DNA of 64,000 nt from Giesbergeria sp. (GTDB lineage: Bacteria; Pseudomonadota; Gammaproteobacteria; Burkholderiales; Burkholderiaceae_C). Below the pieces are notes generated by a model that searched no databases, was not told the DNA's origin, and saw only the letters and a program-made list of their open reading frames with translations. Below, piece after piece: positions 31,809 to 40,212 of the stretch. The stretch lies in the NCBI GenBank assembly GCA_026647025.1, contig JAPKHH010000004.1, positions 12,743-76,742 of the forward strand, given 5' to 3'. Position numbers and translations under genes: made by a program. Every line of letters starts with the position of its first letter. The stretch's first letter is position 1.

Positions 31809-32708
31809 ATGCACACCACCACGATCCATCCCGCCGGGCGCAGTGCGGCACAGTGGACGCGCGACGTCATCTCGCTGTTCAAGCTGCGCATCGGTGTGCT
31901 GATCATGATTACGGCGCTCGTGGGCATGGCGGTCTCGCCAGGCCCGGCGCCCAGTCTGGTGCAGGTGCTCGTGCTTGCGCTGTCGGTGCTGATCGCGTCC
32001 GCCAGCGCAGGTGCGTTCAACCAGTATGTCGAGCACGAGAGCGATCGCCTGATGGCACGCACGCGCAAGCGGGCCTTTGCCACCGGGGCGCTGCCCCACC
32101 ATCCCGCCTGGCTGGCCCTGATGGCCGTGCTGCTGGCGGGGGCGGTGGCATCGGCCTGGCTGGTGCTCAACGCAGCGGCTGCGCTGTATGTGTTTCTGGG
32201 CGCCTTTTTCTACGGAGTGGTCTACACCCTGTGGCTCAAGCGGCGCACGGCGCTCAACATCGTGATCGGGGGGTTGGCAGGCAGCTTTGCCGTGCTGGCC
32301 GGGGCTGCCGCCATTGACCCGACTCTGGGCCCACTGCCCGTGCTGCTGGCCTTGGTGTTGTTCCTGTGGACGCCACCGCATTTCTGGAGCCTGGCAATCG
32401 CCAACAAGGCCGACTATGCGCAGGCGGGCGTGCCCATGCTGCCGGTCGTCGTGGGCACCGAGCGCGCTGCGCACATCGTTCTGGGCAGCACGGTGGCATT
32501 GTTCGTGGCTTCGCTGCTGCCGCTGGGATTTGGCGCCGGCCCGGTGTACGCCGTGGGCGCCCTGGTGGGGGGGCTGCACTTTGTGCACAAGTCGTGGCTT
32601 CTGGTAGCCCAGCCCAGCCGCGCCACCGCCATGGGTTCGTTCTTCGCTTCGCTGATCCAGCTCAGTTTGTTGCTGGTGGCGGCGTGCATCGACGCTTTCA
32701 TGCGCTAG
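31809..32708 (+). CDS. ctaB: Protoheme IX farnesyltransferase (heme O synthase)
   Basis: LFKLRI, FNQYVEHESDRLMARTRKR, YTLWLKRRT, FLWTPPHFWSL. Confidence 0.93.
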   Translation: MHTTTIHPAGRSAAQWTRDVISLFKLRIGVLIMITALVGMAVSPGPAPSLVQVLVLALSVLIASASAGAFNQYVEHESDRLMARTRKRAFATGALPHHPAWLALMAVLLAGAVASAWLVLNAAAALYVFLGAFFYGVVYTLWLKRRTALNIVIGGLAGSFAVLAGAAAIDPTLGPLPVLLALVLFLWTPPHFWSLAIANKADYAQAGVPMLPVVVGTERAAHIVLGSTVALFVASLLPLGFGAGPVYAVGALVGGLHFVHKSWLLVAQPSRATAMGSFFASLIQLSLLLVAACIDAFMR

Positions 32709-32728
32709 GGCCGGGAAGCCGGATTTTT

Positions 32729-33586
32729 ATGCACGCCACAGAACGTATTTCAGCACTGTCTGGGGCCGTGCTGTGTCTGTTCCTTGTTCTGTTGGCGCCA
32801 GCTGTCGTGCAGGCCTCGTCCCACGGGTCTGATCTGGGGTTGGACCGGGAGCAGGCACTGCGCACCAGCCAAGCTGCGTTGGGCCGCAAGATCGCTGACC
32901 ATACCCTGCTGGACCGTGAAGGTCGACCGGTCCGGCTTTCTTCCTACCGGGGCAAACCGCTGCTGGTCAGTTTCATCTACACCGGGTGCTTCCAGGTGTG
33001 CCCGACCACCACGCGGTCGTTGCAGGAAACGGTCGAGGGCTTGCAAAAGACCTTTGGCACCAACCAGTTCAACGTGGTGAGCATCGGTTTCAACCAGCCC
33101 GATGATTCGCCCCAGGCGCTCAAGGCGTTTGCCGCCCAATACCGCATCCATCAGCCCAGCTGGGAATTCTTGAGCCCCTCCATGGCTACCGTGGGGCCGC
33201 TGGCCCGTGATTTTGGGTTTGTCTACGAAGCCACTCCGGCGGGCTTCGACCATGTGCTGCAGGTGTCGCTGGTCGATGCGCAGGGGCGCATCGTGCGGCA
33301 GGTCTACGGGGAGAGCATTCGACCGGGCGATATCGGCGAACCCCTGAAACTGCTGCTCAACGGCACGCCGGTTGAGCCTTCCCTGGCGTTGGAAAGTCTG
33401 ATGGACCGTGTGCGCATCCTGTGCACGGTGTACGACCCCAAGACGGGCCAGTACCGGGTGGACTACACCCTGCCTATCCAGATTGCTGGGGGCATCACCT
33501 TTCTGATCGCCATGCTGGTGTTCTTTCTCAACGAGTGGCGCTCTGTACGGCGCAGTGCCCGCAACAAGGAGGCGCGCCGCGCCTGA
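32729..33586 (+). CDS. SCO-family copper chaperone with C-terminal TM extension
   Basis: FIYTGCFQVCP (CxxxC), FDH; signal peptide; C-terminal TM. Confidence 0.88.
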   Translation: MHATERISALSGAVLCLFLVLLAPAVVQASSHGSDLGLDREQALRTSQAALGRKIADHTLLDREGRPVRLSSYRGKPLLVSFIYTGCFQVCPTTTRSLQETVEGLQKTFGTNQFNVVSIGFNQPDDSPQALKAFAAQYRIHQPSWEFLSPSMATVGPLARDFGFVYEATPAGFDHVLQVSLVDAQGRIVRQVYGESIRPGDIGEPLKLLLNGTPVEPSLALESLMDRVRILCTVYDPKTGQYRVDYTLPIQIAGGITFLIAMLVFFLNEWRSVRRSARNKEARRA

Positions 33587-33601
33587 CGCCCGCCCGTTTT
33601 C

Positions 33602-35188
33602 ATGCCCTTGCCTGGTTCAGCCTTTGTTTCCAAAGGATCTCCTGTTTCGCTGACGCTTCCGCCGGTTCCCCGCAGTGCGGCCCTCTACCGGGCCGTGGAA
33701 CATTCCTTTGACGTACCGTTCGGGGCGGCGCTGAACCCGCTCAAACATCTGGGGGCCCTCGGTTTCCTGTTTTTCTGGCTGCTGGTCGTCACGGGGGTGG
33801 TGCTCTACATCGTGCTCGACACCTCGGTCGGGGGCGCGTACCAATCCATCAACGATCTGGCCCAGGTGCCCTGGATGCTGGGCGTCATGCTGCGCGGCGT
33901 GCACCGCTACGCCGCCGATGGCTTTGTGATCGTCATGTTCGCCCATCTCCTGCGGGAATGGATGCTGGGCCGGTTCAAGGGTTTTCGCCGTGTTCCCTGG
34001 CTGACAGGTGTGCCCCTGGTTGCCCTGGCCTTTGTCAGTGCGATTGGAGGCTTCTGGCTCAACTGGGACCGCCTGGGCCAGTTTTCGGCTGTGTCCACGG
34101 CCGAGTGGCTCGATACCTTGCCGTTCCTGGCGTCGCCCCTGGCGCGCAATTTTCTGGGCGGCGTCAGTCTGAATGCGCGGCTGTTCACCCTGTTCGTTTT
34201 CGTGCATCTGGGTGTGCCGCTGCTGATGGTGTTTGCCCTGTGGTTTCATATCCAGCGCATCAGCCTCGCACGGGTTTTTCCGCCGCGTGCCTTGGCCTGG
34301 GGCACGCTGGCCATGCTGCTGTTGCTTTCACTGGTCCTTCCGGTGCGCAGCCAGGGGCCGGCCGACCTGATGTCGGTGCCCGTTTCCTTGTCACTGGACT
34401 GGTTCTTGTTGTTCATCCACCCCTTGATCGACGCTACTTCGGCGCAAGCGGTGTGGGCGCTCGTGGCCATGGTTTTCGCCGGATTGATACTGTTGCCGTT
34501 CACCCCCGTGCGCGCCGAACCCGTGGCCGTGGTGAACCCCGACCATTGCAGCGGCTGCAGCCGCTGTTTTGCCGACTGTCCCTATTCCGCCATTACGATG
34601 GTGCCCCACCCCAACGGGCGGCGGGGCATGCAACTGGCCGAAGTGCGTGCCGACCTGTGCGCCAGCTGTGGCATCTGTGTCGGCTCCTGCCCGTCTTCCA
34701 CGCCGTTTCGCAGTACCGAGGTACTGCACACCGGCATCGACATGCCGCAGTGGCCCATCGACGACTTGCGCGCCCGTTTGTTGCAGGGCCTGGCTGCCAT
34801 GCCGGGGCCGCGCAGGCTGGTGGTTTTTGGCTGCGATCAGGGCCAGCGCAGCCGCATGGGCGCGCCGGATGTCCTGCATCTGGGCATGGTGTGTGCAGGC
34901 ATGCTGCCGCCTTCCTTTGTCGAGTACGCATTGCGCGGAGGTGCCGACGGCGTGCTCATCAACGGCTGCCGCGAGGGGGGCTGTGAATTCCGCCTGGGCC
35001 AACGCTGGACACAGCAGCGCCTGAACGGTGAGCGCGAGCCGCATCTGCGCACCTCCGTGCCGGCCGAACGCTGGCGTGTCGTCTGGACCGACCCGGGCGA
35101 TGAAAGCCAGCTGGTATCCGCCCTTGAAGACATGCGCACGCATTGCGCACCCGGCGCACCTCACCCATTTTTGGAGAACACCCCATGA
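33602..35188 (+). CDS. Cytochrome b / 2x[4Fe-4S] ferredoxin / MvhD-FlpD-like [2Fe-2S] fusion protein
   Basis: GVHRYAADGFVIVMFAH and FVHLG...WFH (four heme b His); LDWF; CSGCSRCFADCP; CASCGICVGSCP; FGC...CAGM...GCREGGCEF. Start codon uncertain. Confidence 0.85.
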   Translation: MPLPGSAFVSKGSPVSLTLPPVPRSAALYRAVEHSFDVPFGAALNPLKHLGALGFLFFWLLVVTGVVLYIVLDTSVGGAYQSINDLAQVPWMLGVMLRGVHRYAADGFVIVMFAHLLREWMLGRFKGFRRVPWLTGVPLVALAFVSAIGGFWLNWDRLGQFSAVSTAEWLDTLPFLASPLARNFLGGVSLNARLFTLFVFVHLGVPLLMVFALWFHIQRISLARVFPPRALAWGTLAMLLLLSLVLPVRSQGPADLMSVPVSLSLDWFLLFIHPLIDATSAQAVWALVAMVFAGLILLPFTPVRAEPVAVVNPDHCSGCSRCFADCPYSAITMVPHPNGRRGMQLAEVRADLCASCGICVGSCPSSTPFRSTEVLHTGIDMPQWPIDDLRARLLQGLAAMPGPRRLVVFGCDQGQRSRMGAPDVLHLGMVCAGMLPPSFVEYALRGGADGVLINGCREGGCEFRLGQRWTQQRLNGEREPHLRTSVPAERWRVVWTDPGDESQLVSALEDMRTHCAPGAPHPFLENTP

Positions 35189-35688
35189 ACCGAGCCCTCA
35201 ACTGGACAGGGCAAGCCCTGCTCTATGGCAGTTTTGCCCTGGTAGTCGGCGTCTTCTCGCGCTGGCCCAGCTACCATCCTCTGGCGCCGAACGAGGCGCA
35301 GATCAAGGTCAGCTTCATTCACCATGGTGCGCGGATTGCCGAATGCCGCCCCTACACGGCCGAGGAACTGTCCAAACTGGCGCCGAACATGCGCGCGCCC
35401 ATGAAATGCGAACGAGAGCGCTCGCCGGTGCGCATCGAGGTCGAGGTCGATGGCGTGTCCGTCTATGCCCACACGGCCACGCCCTCGGGCTTCTCGCGCG
35501 ACGGTGCCTCCACGGTGTACCAGCGACTCAATGTTCCCTCGGGTGAACATCGCATCACTGTGCGCATGAAAGACAACATGAAGTCGCCCGACTTCCCGTA
35601 TGTGCACGACTCCACCGTCACACTGCAACCCGCGCAGGTCATGGTGATCGACTTCAACCCGGACAAAGGGGAGATCGTTCTGCTATGA
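35185..35688 (+). CDS. Hypothetical membrane-anchored protein with a probable periplasmic beta domain and a Cys pair
   Basis: ATGA-coupled to both neighbours; one N-terminal TM; ECRPY...MKCERERSP. Confidence 0.78.
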   Translation: MNRALNWTGQALLYGSFALVVGVFSRWPSYHPLAPNEAQIKVSFIHHGARIAECRPYTAEELSKLAPNMRAPMKCERERSPVRIEVEVDGVSVYAHTATPSGFSRDGASTVYQRLNVPSGEHRITVRMKDNMKSPDFPYVHDSTVTLQPAQVMVIDFNPDKGEIVLL

Positions 35689-37136
35689 GTGCACTGCCCT
35701 CTCACATGCTTGGCGTGCATGCCGCCGCAGGCCGCCCGTTGCCCGCAGCGATGCCGGGGCTGGACTATGAGCTCACGGTGCCGCAGGACGCCCGGCAGGC
35801 CCTGGCGCGTGGATGGCTCTGGCTGGGTCTTTTGGCGCTGGTGGGTTCGGGACTGTTTTCCATCCTGCTGGTGCTCTCGCGCACGCCGTACGTCAACCAG
35901 TGGTTGCCTGCGGCCAATTTTTTCCAGGTCTCGCTGGTGCTGCATGTCGATTTGTCGGTGCTGGTGTGGTTCGTGGCCCAAGGGGGCATGCTCTGGAGCA
36001 TTCACGGCACCCGGCGCGGCACGCACTGGGGCTGGCTGGCGCTGGCGGTGGCCGCAGTCGGCACATTGGCCATGGCCTTGGCGCCGTTTCTGAACCGGGG
36101 CGATCCCGTCATGGCCAACTACATCCCGGTGCTGGATTCGCCGCTGTTTCTGGGCGGCCTGGTCGTGTTCGGCGCGGGCACGGCTCTGCTGGTACTGCGC
36201 AGCCTGCTGGTCGCGCCCCGGCTGGGACTGGAGTACGACGGCCGCGGTGCGCTGGATTTTGGTCTGAGCAGCGCAGCCATTGCCACGGCCGTCGGTCTGC
36301 TGGCCTTTGCATGGTCCTATGCCGTGCTGCCGACCGCGCTGCATGGCAAGGCCTACTACGAAATCCTGTTCTGGGGCGGTGGCCACGCCTTGCAGTTCAC
36401 CTGGACCTTGCTCATGCTGGTGGGCTGGCTCTGGCTGGCCAGCGCCTGTGGTGCGCGCGTGCCCCTGAGCCCGCGCGTGGTGGTGCTCATGTTCGCGCTG
36501 GCCCTGGTGGGCGTCTTCATCACGCCCTATGCCTACCTGGCGCATGACATCACCTCGGTGGAGCACCGCAATCTGCTGACCTGGGCCATGCGGGCCGGTG
36601 GTGGACCGGCCATCGTGCCGGTGGGCCTGGCCGTGGTCTATGCCATCGCCACCACGCGGCTGGACAGCGACACCCTGCGCCCGCTGCGTGCCGCGCTGCT
36701 GGCATCGGTGCTGTTGTTTGCCGCTGGCGGGGTGATCGGCATCTTTATCCAGGGGAGCAATGTGCGCATTCCCGCGCACTACCATGGCTGCATTGTCGGG
36801 GTCACGCTGGCGCTCATGGGCGTGGTCTACAAGACCTTGCCGGCGCTGGGCTACCGTGCGCCCCAGGGGCGCCTGGCCACCTACCAGCCCTGGCTGTACG
36901 GTGCGGGTCAACTCATGCACATCATCGGGCTGGTCTGGTCGGGTGGCTACGGTGTGCAGCGCAAGGTGGCCGGTGCCGAGCAGGTGCTGCGCAGCACGGC
37001 CGAGGTGGCCGGCATGGGCCTGATGGGCCTGGGCGGGCTGATCGCCATCATCGGCGGACTGCTGTTCGTGGTGGTGGTGGTCCAGGCCATGCGACATACG
37101 CCCGCTGCGGCGGGCTCCAACGGGACGACACGATGA
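35685..37136 (+). CDS. Heme-copper subunit I paralogue lacking the helix VII His-His (CuB/FeB) pair
   Basis: LHVD (helix II), FWGGGHALQF (helix VI), PAHYHG (helix X); ~12 TM; no HH dipeptide in the protein. Confidence 0.75.
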   Translation: MSALPSHMLGVHAAAGRPLPAAMPGLDYELTVPQDARQALARGWLWLGLLALVGSGLFSILLVLSRTPYVNQWLPAANFFQVSLVLHVDLSVLVWFVAQGGMLWSIHGTRRGTHWGWLALAVAAVGTLAMALAPFLNRGDPVMANYIPVLDSPLFLGGLVVFGAGTALLVLRSLLVAPRLGLEYDGRGALDFGLSSAAIATAVGLLAFAWSYAVLPTALHGKAYYEILFWGGGHALQFTWTLLMLVGWLWLASACGARVPLSPRVVVLMFALALVGVFITPYAYLAHDITSVEHRNLLTWAMRAGGGPAIVPVGLAVVYAIATTRLDSDTLRPLRAALLASVLLFAAGGVIGIFIQGSNVRIPAHYHGCIVGVTLALMGVVYKTLPALGYRAPQGRLATYQPWLYGAGQLMHIIGLVWSGGYGVQRKVAGAEQVLRSTAEVAGMGLMGLGGLIAIIGGLLFVVVVVQAMRHTPAAAGSNGTTR

Positions 37137-39052
37137 TCAAACGATTCCAGGCCCTGCTGCAGTGGGTTTTCTTGCGTGTCGAGGGCTTGTTCAATGCGGC
37201 CTTTGGCGACCGCATCAATCCTTTCTACCACCTGGGGGCCATCACCTTCTTCCTGTTCTGGGTGGTTGGCGCCAGTGGCCTGTACCTGTACATCTTTTTC
37301 GAAACCGGTCTGTCTGTTGCGTATTCCTCGGTGGTGGCACTGACCGAAAACCAGTGGTTCGCTGGCGGCATCATGCGCAGCGTGCACCGCTACGCGTCCG
37401 ACGCCATGGTGCTGACCATGGTGCTGCACATGCTGCGCTACTTTGCCTTCAATCTGTACCACGGCTTTCGCTGGTTCTCATGGATCACCGGGGTGATGCT
37501 GATCTGGATGGTGTATGCCACAGGGATCAACGGCTACATGCTGCCCTGGGACCAACTGGCGCAGTTCGTCACCGTGACCAGTTTCGAGTGGCTTGACTGG
37601 CTGCCCAGTTTTGGCGGCACCTTGATGCGCAACTTCATCTACTCCTCGGCCGTGGGCGATCGCTTCTTCACCCTGCTGTCGTTCATGCACCTGGGCCTGC
37701 CCCTGGTGGTGCTGATGGTGATGTGGATCCACGTGCAGCGCGTTCCCAAGGCACGCACCACGCCGCCGCGTCCCATCGTCATCGGCCTGCTGCTGACCAT
37801 GCTGGTGCTGTCACTGGTCCTGCCGGTGCACAGCCAGGGGGGTATTAGCAACCTGGCACAGGCCGTGACGAATGTCGAACTCGACTGGTTCTACCTGGCC
37901 ATCTTCCCACTGCTGACCGAATGGCCGCTGGGCCGGGTCTGGGCGCTGGTGGTGGGCGGCTCGCTGGTGCTGGCGCTGCTGCCCTGGTGGCCCCCGCGCT
38001 TTCGCCGGGGAGCACACACCAGCCACCAGGTGGTGGTGCGCGGCGTGGATGGCGCGAGCGCGGAATTCAGCGTGCGCGAGGACGAAACCATTCTGGATGC
38101 CGGTCTGCGCGAAGGCCTGGCCTTGCCGTATGAATGCCGCAATGGGGGGTGCGGCCTGTGTCTGTGCAGCGTGGAGCACGGCAACATCGACCACCGGCCC
38201 TACCAGCGCAGTGCGTTGCCCGATGCGCAGAAGGCCCAGGGCAAGGCGCTGATGTGCTGCGCTGTGCCGCGTGGCGACGTCGTGATCGACGTGGAGGGTT
38301 TTACCGGTGCCGCCGCCCAGGCCGCCGAGGTGCACACTGCCACCGTGGCGCAACTGGAACGCCTGGCTGACGATGTCATGCGTGTGCTGCTGCAACTGCC
38401 CGAGGGCAAGACGCTGGACTTTGCTGCAGGCCAGTACATCGACATCCTGCTGGACGACGGCCAGCGCCGTGCGTTCTCGTTTGCCAACCGGCCCCATGCC
38501 AGCAGCCAGATCGAGCTGCACATTCGCCTCGTGCCCGGCGGGCGCTTTACGACCCATGTGTTCGAGGCGATGCGGGTGGGCGACGTCCTGCGTTTCGAAG
38601 GCCCGCGCGGCAGCTTCACGCTGCGCGAAAGCACGCACCCCATTTTGTTCGTGGCCGGTGCCACCGGTTTTGCACCGATCAAGAGCATTGTGGAAGATGC
38701 CTTCGAGCGGGGCGTGCAGCGCCCCATGCGCCTGTACTGGGGTGTGCGCCAGCGCAAGGACCTGTACCTGCTGGCGCTGTGCGAGCAATGGGCGCGGGAC
38801 CACACCAACTTCACCGTGGTGCCGGTCGTGTCAGAGCCCGCCGAGGGCGACGGCTGGACGGGCCGCACGGGACTGGTGCACGAGGCCATGCTGGCCGACT
38901 TTCCTGATCTCAGCGGCAACGAGGTTTACCTGTGCGGCTCTGTGAAGATGGTGGAAACTGCCGTCCCGGCCTTCATTGCCCAGGGCCTGGGTGAGGATGC
39001 CTGCTTCTCGGACGCATTCCTGATGGCAGCGCCAGCACAGACACAACAGTAG
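37133..39052 (+). CDS. Cytochrome b / [2Fe-2S] ferredoxin / FAD-NAD(P) reductase fusion protein
   Basis: SVHRYASDAMVLTMVLH; FMHLG...WIH; ELDWFY; CRNGGCGLC...C; RAFSFAN; GGRFT; AGATGFAP; YLCGS. Confidence 0.88.
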   Translation: MIKRFQALLQWVFLRVEGLFNAAFGDRINPFYHLGAITFFLFWVVGASGLYLYIFFETGLSVAYSSVVALTENQWFAGGIMRSVHRYASDAMVLTMVLHMLRYFAFNLYHGFRWFSWITGVMLIWMVYATGINGYMLPWDQLAQFVTVTSFEWLDWLPSFGGTLMRNFIYSSAVGDRFFTLLSFMHLGLPLVVLMVMWIHVQRVPKARTTPPRPIVIGLLLTMLVLSLVLPVHSQGGISNLAQAVTNVELDWFYLAIFPLLTEWPLGRVWALVVGGSLVLALLPWWPPRFRRGAHTSHQVVVRGVDGASAEFSVREDETILDAGLREGLALPYECRNGGCGLCLCSVEHGNIDHRPYQRSALPDAQKAQGKALMCCAVPRGDVVIDVEGFTGAAAQAAEVHTATVAQLERLADDVMRVLLQLPEGKTLDFAAGQYIDILLDDGQRRAFSFANRPHASSQIELHIRLVPGGRFTTHVFEAMRVGDVLRFEGPRGSFTLRESTHPILFVAGATGFAPIKSIVEDAFERGVQRPMRLYWGVRQRKDLYLLALCEQWARDHTNFTVVPVVSEPAEGDGWTGRTGLVHEAMLADFPDLSGNEVYLCGSVKMVETAVPAFIAQGLGEDACFSDAFLMAAPAQTQQ

Positions 39053-39130
39053 AACCCTGGCTCTTGGACGAAAACGGCCATGCATCAATTGCAGCGGCCG
39101 CTTCGCATCTTTCATCTGAACTCTTCGATG

Positions 39131-40138
39131 TCACATGTCTGGATGGGTTTCCGTGCTCTGAATGCGCCTACCTCGCGGTGACTCGCCCGCGAAACGCCGA
39201 AACACGCGCCGAAACGCTGCTGGATCGGCATAGCCAACACGAGCCGCAATTTCGTCGACTGAGACATTGCTGGTTTCCAGCATATGCGTCGCATGCGAGA
39301 CGCGCAACCGTTGGACAAGTTCGTTGGGTGTCATGCCAAGGCCGGCATGCACACGCCGAGCCAGGGTTCTGGATGAAATAGCGGCAGCGTTGGCCAGTTC
39401 CGCCAGCGTAATCTGCCGGTCCAGGTTGTTGATGATGAAACGCTCAACCTTTTGAAGGGCCGGATCGGACACGCGCAGATGCTCCATCACCATGTAACGT
39501 GACTGTGAGGGTCGGTTGTCAAGTACGAGGTAGCGTGCCACCCACTGCGCTAGCGACGGACCAGCGATGCGGGCGATGACCGCCAGCATCAGATCCGCAT
39601 GGGCAAAGGCAGAACCTGCTGTGAGCGCGCCAGGCGCTTCGACCACCATTCGGTCCGCTGCAAGTGAGACGGCAGGAAAGCGTCTCGCGAATGCAGCGGC
39701 AAGCCACCAAGTCGTGGTCGCCTGCTGACCATCCAACGCACCCGTTGAAGCCAACAAAAATGTCGCCGAGCAGGACGCAGCGAGCATGGTTCCTTTGGTT
39801 GCCGCAGATCGCAAAGCCACAGCTCCACGTTGGGTCTCGTCACGGGACAGCAGCTGCTCGATCGAGACTTCGGTGGCGGAGAACCAGCCGGGCACAACAA
39901 GGACATCCGACGCCCCCATGCCACGCAAGCCGAACGCACCATCGACAGCAATGGTGCGGCCAGCCCCGGATCGCACTGGCTGGCCATCAACTGAAACTAC
40001 ACGCTGACGCAGCAGCTTGGCAGCATGCGGCACATCAACCACTCCATTGGCAGCCAAACGCGTTGCCGCACCTACGATGTCGATCCCGACGCCCAGGGAG
40101 CTTTCCGCAACACCGTCGAATATCAGATGCGTAATCAT
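39131..40138 (-). CDS. GlxA-type AraC regulator (DJ-1/PfpI domain + HTH)
   Basis: ASCSATFLLA, ATTTWW, TAGSAFA; C-terminal IAARVGYADPAAFRRVFRR. Confidence 0.9.
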   Translation of the reverse strand: MITHLIFDGVAESSLGVGIDIVGAATRLAANGVVDVPHAAKLLRQRVVSVDGQPVRSGAGRTIAVDGAFGLRGMGASDVLVVPGWFSATEVSIEQLLSRDETQRGAVALRSAATKGTMLAASCSATFLLASTGALDGQQATTTWWLAAAFARRFPAVSLAADRMVVEAPGALTAGSAFAHADLMLAVIARIAGPSLAQWVARYLVLDNRPSQSRYMVMEHLRVSDPALQKVERFIINNLDRQITLAELANAAAISSRTLARRVHAGLGMTPNELVQRLRVSHATHMLETSNVSVDEIAARVGYADPAAFRRVFRRFAGESPRGRRIQSTETHPDM

Positions 40139-40212
40139 TTTGGCAATTATGGACCGTAAATGGTCATTTGTGCCACTGCCAAGAATGTGGCCTACAGCCT
40201 AAGCTTGGGGCC

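Noticed and set aside
30042-32588. 848-aa antisense ORF over subunit I and ctaB
   Set aside because: Shadow frame of well-supported genes.
33602-39052. Call as a cytochrome bc1/b6f (pet) operon
   Set aside because: No Rieske or c1 gene, PEWY is replaced by LDWF, and both cyt b genes carry cytoplasmic redox fusions.
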